From contig CASYOT010000002.1 in the NCBI GenBank assembly GCA_949484645.1, positions 66,912 to 130,911 of the forward strand: a stretch of DNA of 64,000 nucleotides. The letters run 5' to 3'. Made by a program: the position numbers and the translations under genes. Positions within the stretch are counted from its first letter, which is position 1, and each line of letters begins with the position of its first letter. Positions 59,143 to 64,000 of this stretch are shown here, piece after piece. The notes below the pieces were generated by a model. That model had not been told where the DNA came from. It saw only the letters and a list, made by a program, of their open reading frames with translations, and ran no database searches. The DNA is from an uncultured Lachnospiraceae bacterium. GTDB taxonomy: Bacteria; Bacillota; Clostridia; Lachnospirales; Lachnospiraceae.

Positions 59143-60111
59143 ATGGAGAAAGGTATGAACAGTAAAGAAGTAGAAAAAACAGAGCAGTTAATTCAGTATT
59201 ATAAAGAAGATTCAGCTCAGGAGAATCTTCAGGCATTAGTGCATCAGATGAAAAAGACGGTGTTTTTGATTCCGGCTATGCTTCCGGACACGCCGGAGAT
59301 TAATGAGATTAAACAGAAGGTGAAGGAAAATCCGGGGGTAAAAATTAATCTGCCGAAAGGGACGGCGCCTATGCCGGCGATTTTGACGAATCAGAATGGG
59401 GGGAAATTTTTTCCGGTCTATTCTTCAAAAGAGCAGGTTCCAAAGGAGCCGAAGTTTGACTTATTGATGAATATGCCGTTTGGGGCATGTTGTTCGTTTG
59501 CTTTAGATGAAAGGCTGGAGGTGGAGGGGATTGCCGTAAATCCATTTACGGACAACCTTTTATTTAAAAAACCGCTGTTAGAAGCGATTAAGAAAGCGGA
59601 AGAAGAATCGAAAAAAGGCGTGAATCAAATCCAGATGTCTCCGAAGCAATTTCAGATTATGATGCGTCAGAGGGCGGAGCTGCATGAGTTTCCGGCTTTG
59701 GCTTTTCGGGAAGGGGCGCAGTTTATCCAGCGTCTGAGTGATGAGAAAGAAGCGGTTGTAAATGAGATATATTCGAAATCGTTTCAGAAGCAGGAATTGT
59801 ATCCTTTTGAGGAAAGCAGTTTTTCTGTGATGGCTTTGAATATCAGTGAGGAATTATTGTTGGTGCGGGTGGACTTGCCGCCGGTCCGTGAAGCGGCGCA
59901 GTTGTGTTATCGTGTTTATGTGACATTAAACCCGAAGTCCGGGGAAATTCATTATTTTACGATTGAACGCGGCCGCGGGAAGGACGAGCGGAATCTTTGC
60001 GGCGTTGGGAAAGATGGAAAACATATTGAGTATGGGGAAGCTCCCGTGGAAGGCGTGGAGATTCAAAGGATTATTGATATTATTTCAGGGGAAAAAGAGA
60101 TTGGGAATTAA
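59143..60111 (+). CDS. SseB-family protein (function unknown); alternative start at 59155
   Basis: 322 aa. The N-terminal domain pattern (TVFLIPAM...GGKFFPVYSS) resembles SseB. Confidence 0.4.
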   Translation: MEKGMNSKEVEKTEQLIQYYKEDSAQENLQALVHQMKKTVFLIPAMLPDTPEINEIKQKVKENPGVKINLPKGTAPMPAILTNQNGGKFFPVYSSKEQVPKEPKFDLLMNMPFGACCSFALDERLEVEGIAVNPFTDNLLFKKPLLEAIKKAEEESKKGVNQIQMSPKQFQIMMRQRAELHEFPALAFREGAQFIQRLSDEKEAVVNEIYSKSFQKQELYPFEESSFSVMALNISEELLLVRVDLPPVREAAQLCYRVYVTLNPKSGEIHYFTIERGRGKDERNLCGVGKDGKHIEYGEAPVEGVEIQRIIDIISGEKEIGN

Positions 60112-60127
60112 ATCTGGCTGTTTTTAA

Positions 60128-60190
60128 AGAAACGCCGCTTATATCTGTTCGCCCGATGGAGCGGGCTCTATGACGATAAGCGGCGTTTTT
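60128..60190. terminator. Bidirectional terminator between the convergent sseB-like gene and the anti-sigma factor gene
   Basis: Stem acgccgcttat...ataagcggcgt with a T5 run on the plus strand. Confidence 0.65.
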
Positions 60191-60217
60191 AAGATCTATG
60201 GATTTGGTTTTTGCGCG

Positions 60218-61126
60218 TTATTTCCGAATTGCTTTTAATACATCATTAGGAATCACAAATTCTCTGCATCCCATATACATCGGAGCTACATCGCCTTCGT
60301 TAAAGCAGATAACAACTTCCCCGTTATTATTGAGGTAAAACTGTGTTTCGTCCGTAATTTTTTCAAAATTTAATTCCGGCATATCTTTGTTATCGACCCA
60401 ATAGAATAAATTTTCATCTTTAGCCATCTGCTCTTTCATCTGCTGTTTGATATTTTCACTGATTGCCGTAATATAGTCGCTGTCTTCTGTAAATAAGCCG
60501 CTTAACTTTAAGCGTTCCCCTGTTTCTAAGTCAATCGTGTAAAAATAATTCCATTCCGCGCCGCTTCCGGAAGCTTGGTAGCAGTTCAGTTTTAAAGTGA
60601 AATACTGTTCTGTAGTGGCAATGACCTCGGAGTCTACATGAACGTCTTGGTACCCTTCTTGATCTTCGGCAAATTCCTTAAATTCTTTAATTAGCTGATC
60701 CGTAATCGTTTTGATCTCCGCATTGATTTCTTCCGCAGTTTTCTGGACTTTTTTCTGCGCGGCATCAGTTTGTTCCGTCCCGTTGGCTGTTTCTGTCGGA
60801 ATCTGGGGAACAATTTCCGGCACTTGAATGTCGGCGTTATTTCGCTCGCTTTCGTACTTGTAATCCCGAAAGGTCACTACCTCGACCCATTTCGAAAGAA
60901 TTGGAATCCGGCTCATCGCATAGGCAAGATCGCCGGAGGCGTTTGGCAGGACGGTAAGCAGTAGAACAACTGACGCGGCGGCGGCCGCAATCGTTTTAAA
61001 TACTTTGCGGTTGCTTTTTTTTGCTTTTTCAATCGTGGCTTTCAGATTTTTAATTTGTTCCGGTGACATATTTGGTTTTTGGTAATCCTGTTTCATTTGA
61101 TTCAATTCTTCTTTCCTATTACGCAT
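60218..61126 (-). CDS. Anti-sigma factor, RsiV-like (one transmembrane segment + DUF4163/DUF3298-type extracytoplasmic domain)
   Basis: Transmembrane segment TIAAAAASVVLLLTVL. C-terminal YFTLKLNCYQASGSGAEWNYFYTIDLETGERLKLSGLF matches the DUF3298 pattern. 8-nt overlap with the sigma gene when started at 61126. Confidence 0.65.
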   Translation of the reverse strand: MRNRKEELNQMKQDYQKPNMSPEQIKNLKATIEKAKKSNRKVFKTIAAAAASVVLLLTVLPNASGDLAYAMSRIPILSKWVEVVTFRDYKYESERNNADIQVPEIVPQIPTETANGTEQTDAAQKKVQKTAEEINAEIKTITDQLIKEFKEFAEDQEGYQDVHVDSEVIATTEQYFTLKLNCYQASGSGAEWNYFYTIDLETGERLKLSGLFTEDSDYITAISENIKQQMKEQMAKDENLFYWVDNKDMPELNFEKITDETQFYLNNNGEVVICFNEGDVAPMYMGCREFVIPNDVLKAIRK

Positions 61127-61646
61127 TGAGAACCTCCTGATTTGTGCTTTCTGTATATATCCATTCTCCTTCAATCATCACCTTTAATTTCTTTAGGCTT
61201 CGGTAAAGACGGCTTTTTACGGTATTGATGTTTTCTTCTAGAATGTCTGCGATTTCCTCTAGTTTCATATCCTCAAAATATTTTAATTCTACAATCATGC
61301 GGTCATTTTCGGGTAAATGTTCCAGCGCCCGCTTTAAGTCAAGGTCTTCGTAGGAATCTTCCGCATAAGTTTCTTTAGCATCTTCTAATGAAAGTGTTTT
61401 TTGCTGTCTGCAATATGTAAAAATTTCATTTATGACGATACGGTACAGCCAAGTAGACGCAAAATTTTCCTGTTTTAATGAGCCGCTGTTTTTAATTGCT
61501 TTATAAGCGGCGTTTTGGACAATGTCGTAAGCGTCATTTTCATTGTGGACATAACTGTATGCCAAACGGTAATACTGATTGTAGTTTGTAAGAAGAAGCG
61601 TTTCCACCGCTTTTTCTTTCGTCTTTTGCCTTGATAATCGTTTCAA
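61119..61646 (-). CDS. ECF sigma factor (SigV-like)
   Basis: 175 aa. Region 2 (AYDIVQNAAYKAIKN) and region 4 (LEEIADILEENINTVKSRLYRSLKKL). Confidence 0.85.
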   Translation of the reverse strand: MKRLSRQKTKEKAVETLLLTNYNQYYRLAYSYVHNENDAYDIVQNAAYKAIKNSGSLKQENFASTWLYRIVINEIFTYCRQQKTLSLEDAKETYAEDSYEDLDLKRALEHLPENDRMIVELKYFEDMKLEEIADILEENINTVKSRLYRSLKKLKVMIEGEWIYTESTNQEVLNA

Positions 61647-61682
61647 GTTTTTCGCCTCCTGTTTTTCGTTTTCTAATAATTA

Positions 61683-61709
61683 GACGTAAGGCGTAACGGA
61701 AAAGTTTCA
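61683..61709 (-). promoter_or_regulatory. ECF-type autoregulatory promoter TGAAAC-N17-CGTC
   Basis: Minus-strand sequence TGAAACttttccgttacgccttaCGTCtaa, about 36 nt upstream of the sigma gene ATG. Confidence 0.6.
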
Positions 61710-61894
61710 AACAAAATAAAAAATTTTACTATTTTTCATTTTTTACTGTATGCAGTCTTTGGAAGTCTTGGAATTTGGAGTACAGAAAGAAAAACCCCTG
61801 TTCCAGTTCAGATTCTGCGTTTCAAAGAGCGGCGGTTCTGAATGGAATAGAGGTTTATGATAAAAGATTGCGTTTTTGGATTGAAAAACAGGGT

Positions 61895-63235
61895 TTATTT
61901 ATTGCTCCTGCGCCAAATCTTTAATTTCTCCGCTTCTGTAATTAATTCATCGCGGAAATCAGGATGCGCAATCGAAATTAAGGCTTCTGCGCGCTGCCAT
62001 GCGGAAAGTCCTTTTAAATTGACTTTTCCGTATTCCGTTACAATGTAATGGACGTTTGCGCGTGTGTCCGTTACAATCGATCCGGGATTTAACGTAGGTA
62101 AAATACGGGATTTTAACTGCCCGTCTTTGGTTTTAAAGGAAGAAGAACAGCAGATGAAGCTTTTCCCGCCATTGGAAAGATAAGCTCCCAGCACAAAATC
62201 AAGCTGCCCGCCTGCTCCGCTGATATGTTTCGTTCCGGCCGACTCGGCATTGATCTGGCCAAATAAATCCAAATCCACTGCGTTGTTAATGGAAATAAAG
62301 TTATCCAAAGCGGAAATGGAGCGTATGTCATTTGTATAGCTTACTGGGGCGCTGAGGAGTTCCGGGTTGTCGTCTATATAGTCGTACATTTTTTTCGTTC
62401 CGCATCCAAATGCAAAGGCTTGGCGGAAACGATCGATATTTTTCTTTGACCCATTAATTTTTCCGGCTTTTGCAATGTCGACAAAAGCGTCAACGTACAT
62501 TTCCGTGTGAACGCCGAGGTCTTTTAAATCGGATTCTGCAATCATAGAGCCGACTGTATTTGGCATGCCGCCAATGCCAAGCTGTAAACATGCGCCGTTT
62601 GGAATTTCTTCTACGATTAATTTTGCAACTGCAATATCGACGTCGGTTGGCGCGCCGCCTGAACCTAATTCTCCGATAGGCGGGTTTTCCCCTTCGACAA
62701 TAAAGTCAACGTCTGAAATATGGACGCTGTTTTCAAAACCGCCAAGACAGCGCGGCATATTTTGGTTGACCTCAACAATGATTTTTTTAGAGGTTTCGCA
62801 TACCGCCATCATATGGGAAGCGTTTGGCCCGAAATTGAAATATCCATGCGCATCCATTGGAGAAACCTGAAACATCGCTACGTCGTCAGGCGTGTCTGAT
62901 TCACGGTAGTAACGCGGCAGTTCGGAATATCGGATTGGCGCATAATATGCGCAGCCGCGGGCAATTAATTTACGTTCAATGCCGGACATATGCCATGAGT
63001 TCCATGTAAAATGCTCTCCTGAATCTTCCCGTTCAAAAACGGCGGGCGTCTTTAGGAGAATACCGCCCCTTAGGTTAATGTCTTTCAGCTCGTCCGTCCG
63101 TTTAGCTAATGCTTTGTCCAAAGCGTCTACGGTTGCGTTACACCAGCCGTAATCGACCCAGTCGCCGGATTTAATGACTTTTACTGCTTCTTCTGCGCTT
63201 ACAAGTTTCTGCTCATATTCTTTTGCGTAATCCAT
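61895..63235 (-). CDS. but: Butyryl-CoA:acetate CoA-transferase (acetyl-CoA hydrolase/transferase family)
   Basis: Very close to Roseburia/Eubacterium But as recalled ([71 protein letters not shown]). Length 446 aa. Confidence 0.85.
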   Translation of the reverse strand: MDYAKEYEQKLVSAEEAVKVIKSGDWVDYGWCNATVDALDKALAKRTDELKDINLRGGILLKTPAVFEREDSGEHFTWNSWHMSGIERKLIARGCAYYAPIRYSELPRYYRESDTPDDVAMFQVSPMDAHGYFNFGPNASHMMAVCETSKKIIVEVNQNMPRCLGGFENSVHISDVDFIVEGENPPIGELGSGGAPTDVDIAVAKLIVEEIPNGACLQLGIGGMPNTVGSMIAESDLKDLGVHTEMYVDAFVDIAKAGKINGSKKNIDRFRQAFAFGCGTKKMYDYIDDNPELLSAPVSYTNDIRSISALDNFISINNAVDLDLFGQINAESAGTKHISGAGGQLDFVLGAYLSNGGKSFICCSSSFKTKDGQLKSRILPTLNPGSIVTDTRANVHYIVTEYGKVNLKGLSAWQRAEALISIAHPDFRDELITEAEKLKIWRRSNK

Positions 63236-63281
63236 AATAACCTCCTATAAATGTTATATTTGCTGTCTCCTAATAGTAACA

Positions 63282-64000
63282 TTATATATTAAATTTGTCT
63301 ACAAGGCTTACCATCGATTCTACTTGGGCTTTCTGTTCTTCGCTGACGGCGGCTGTTTCTTCTGAGGTTGCAGAGTTGTTGTCTACGATTTCTGCAACGC
63401 GGACGATGTTTTCATTGATCCGCTGCATATTGCTGACGTCGTTGGTAAGGTTTTGTGAAGTCTGCTCCATTTTTTCCGTTGCCTGTTTTGCGCCTTTCAT
63501 AACTTCCGTCATATTTTCGGCTGCTTCATCTGCGATGGCAATGCCTCTTTCAACGGCAAGAATCGTCCGTTCGATCAGTTTGTTTGTCTCTCCGGCTGCT
63601 TTTGCGGATTCGTCGGCAAGATTTTTGACTTGTCCGGCAACAATGGCAAATCCCCTTCCGGCTTCTCCGGCGCGCGCGGCTTCAATCGATGCATTCAGGG
63701 AAAGCAGGTTTGTTTCAGAAGCAATGGCTTCGATTGCGCCAATGATTTCCCCAATTTCTTCTGAGCATTTGCTGATTTCTCCAATCGCATCTTTTAATTC
63801 CTGCATTTTGGCGTTTCCGGCAATAAGGACTTGGCTTGCGCTTGATGCAAGATTTACAGTGGCGGTCGCTTCGCGCGCGCTGTTTTCCATGCTTTGGTAG
63901 AGAACGTCCATTAGGTTGACTAAGTCGGATACTTTGCCGGCCTGTTCTGTGCTTCCTTCTGCTAAATCAACGGCGGCGCAGGCAAGTTGTTCTGAGCCGC
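63282..64000 (-). CDS. Methyl-accepting chemotaxis protein, C-terminal signalling domain; N-terminus lies beyond the window end
   Basis: [38 protein letters not shown] conserved MCP hairpin tip. The ORF is open to position 64000. Confidence 0.85.
   Translation of the reverse strand, partial: GSEQLACAAVDLAEGSTEQAGKVSDLVNLMDVLYQSMENSAREATATVNLASSASQVLIAGNAKMQELKDAIGEISKCSEEIGEIIGAIEAIASETNLLSLNASIEAARAGEAGRGFAIVAGQVKNLADESAKAAGETNKLIERTILAVERGIAIADEAAENMTEVMKGAKQATEKMEQTSQNLTNDVSNMQRINENIVRVAEIVDNNSATSEETAAVSEEQKAQVESMVSLVDKFNI

Noticed and set aside
1-64000. Prophage, integrative element or defence island
   Set aside because: No integrase, recombinase, transposase, restriction-modification, Cas, toxin-antitoxin or phage structural genes were recognised. 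Gene content is chromosomal housekeeping and accessory metabolism.

Overview
This 64-kb window looks like chromosomal DNA from a spore-forming, motile, butyrate-producing Firmicute of the Clostridia (Lachnospiraceae-like). No rRNA, tRNA, CRISPR array, integrase or transposase was seen. The left third encodes housekeeping and core functions. These are a BioA C-terminal fragment, a nucleotidyltransferase + N-acetylhexosamine 1-kinase (NahK) salvage pair, a histidine phosphatase, SpoVT, a class A penicillin-binding protein (PBP), a ROK-family glucokinase, a KtrAB K+ uptake system, a two-domain polyphosphate kinase 2 (PPK2) and a methyl-accepting chemotaxis protein. The centre holds a complete type II fatty-acid synthesis cluster, a CPBP intramembrane protease + ABC exporter module, and sporulation, haem and uronate genes. 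The right part holds a 2331-aa secreted multi-domain glycoside hydrolase, an RND permease carrying a large coiled-coil insertion, and a butyryl-CoA:acetate CoA-transferase.

The points I rate most worth a second look, in rough order, are as follows. (1) An ECF sigma / anti-sigma pair whose anti-sigma factor ends in a Cys/His-rich tail, co-oriented with a secreted His/Cys/Lys-rich repeat protein; this may be a metal-sensing module. (2) A dispersed family of ~210-225-bp imperfect palindromic elements, with three copies in the window, one of which is fused to ~4.5 tandem 117-bp repeats. (3) The giant surface protein, which resembles a GH101 endo-alpha-N-acetylgalactosaminidase (CBM32/F5-8 type C domain, a Big_2 domain, FIVAR repeats, BspA-like leucine-rich repeats) and links thematically to the NahK module 40 kb away. 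(4) A 1336-aa RND transporter with a ~280-aa coiled-coil insert and no adaptor gene nearby. (5) A PurF paralog in which the Cys1 nucleophile is replaced by Gly.

Lower-ranked observations are a HEAT-repeat methyltransferase with a degenerate NPPY motif, a 37-bp alternating tandem repeat array, an in-frame-interrupted small ORF, a FabT-like operator palindrome in the acpP promoter, and a fused AccD-AccA.
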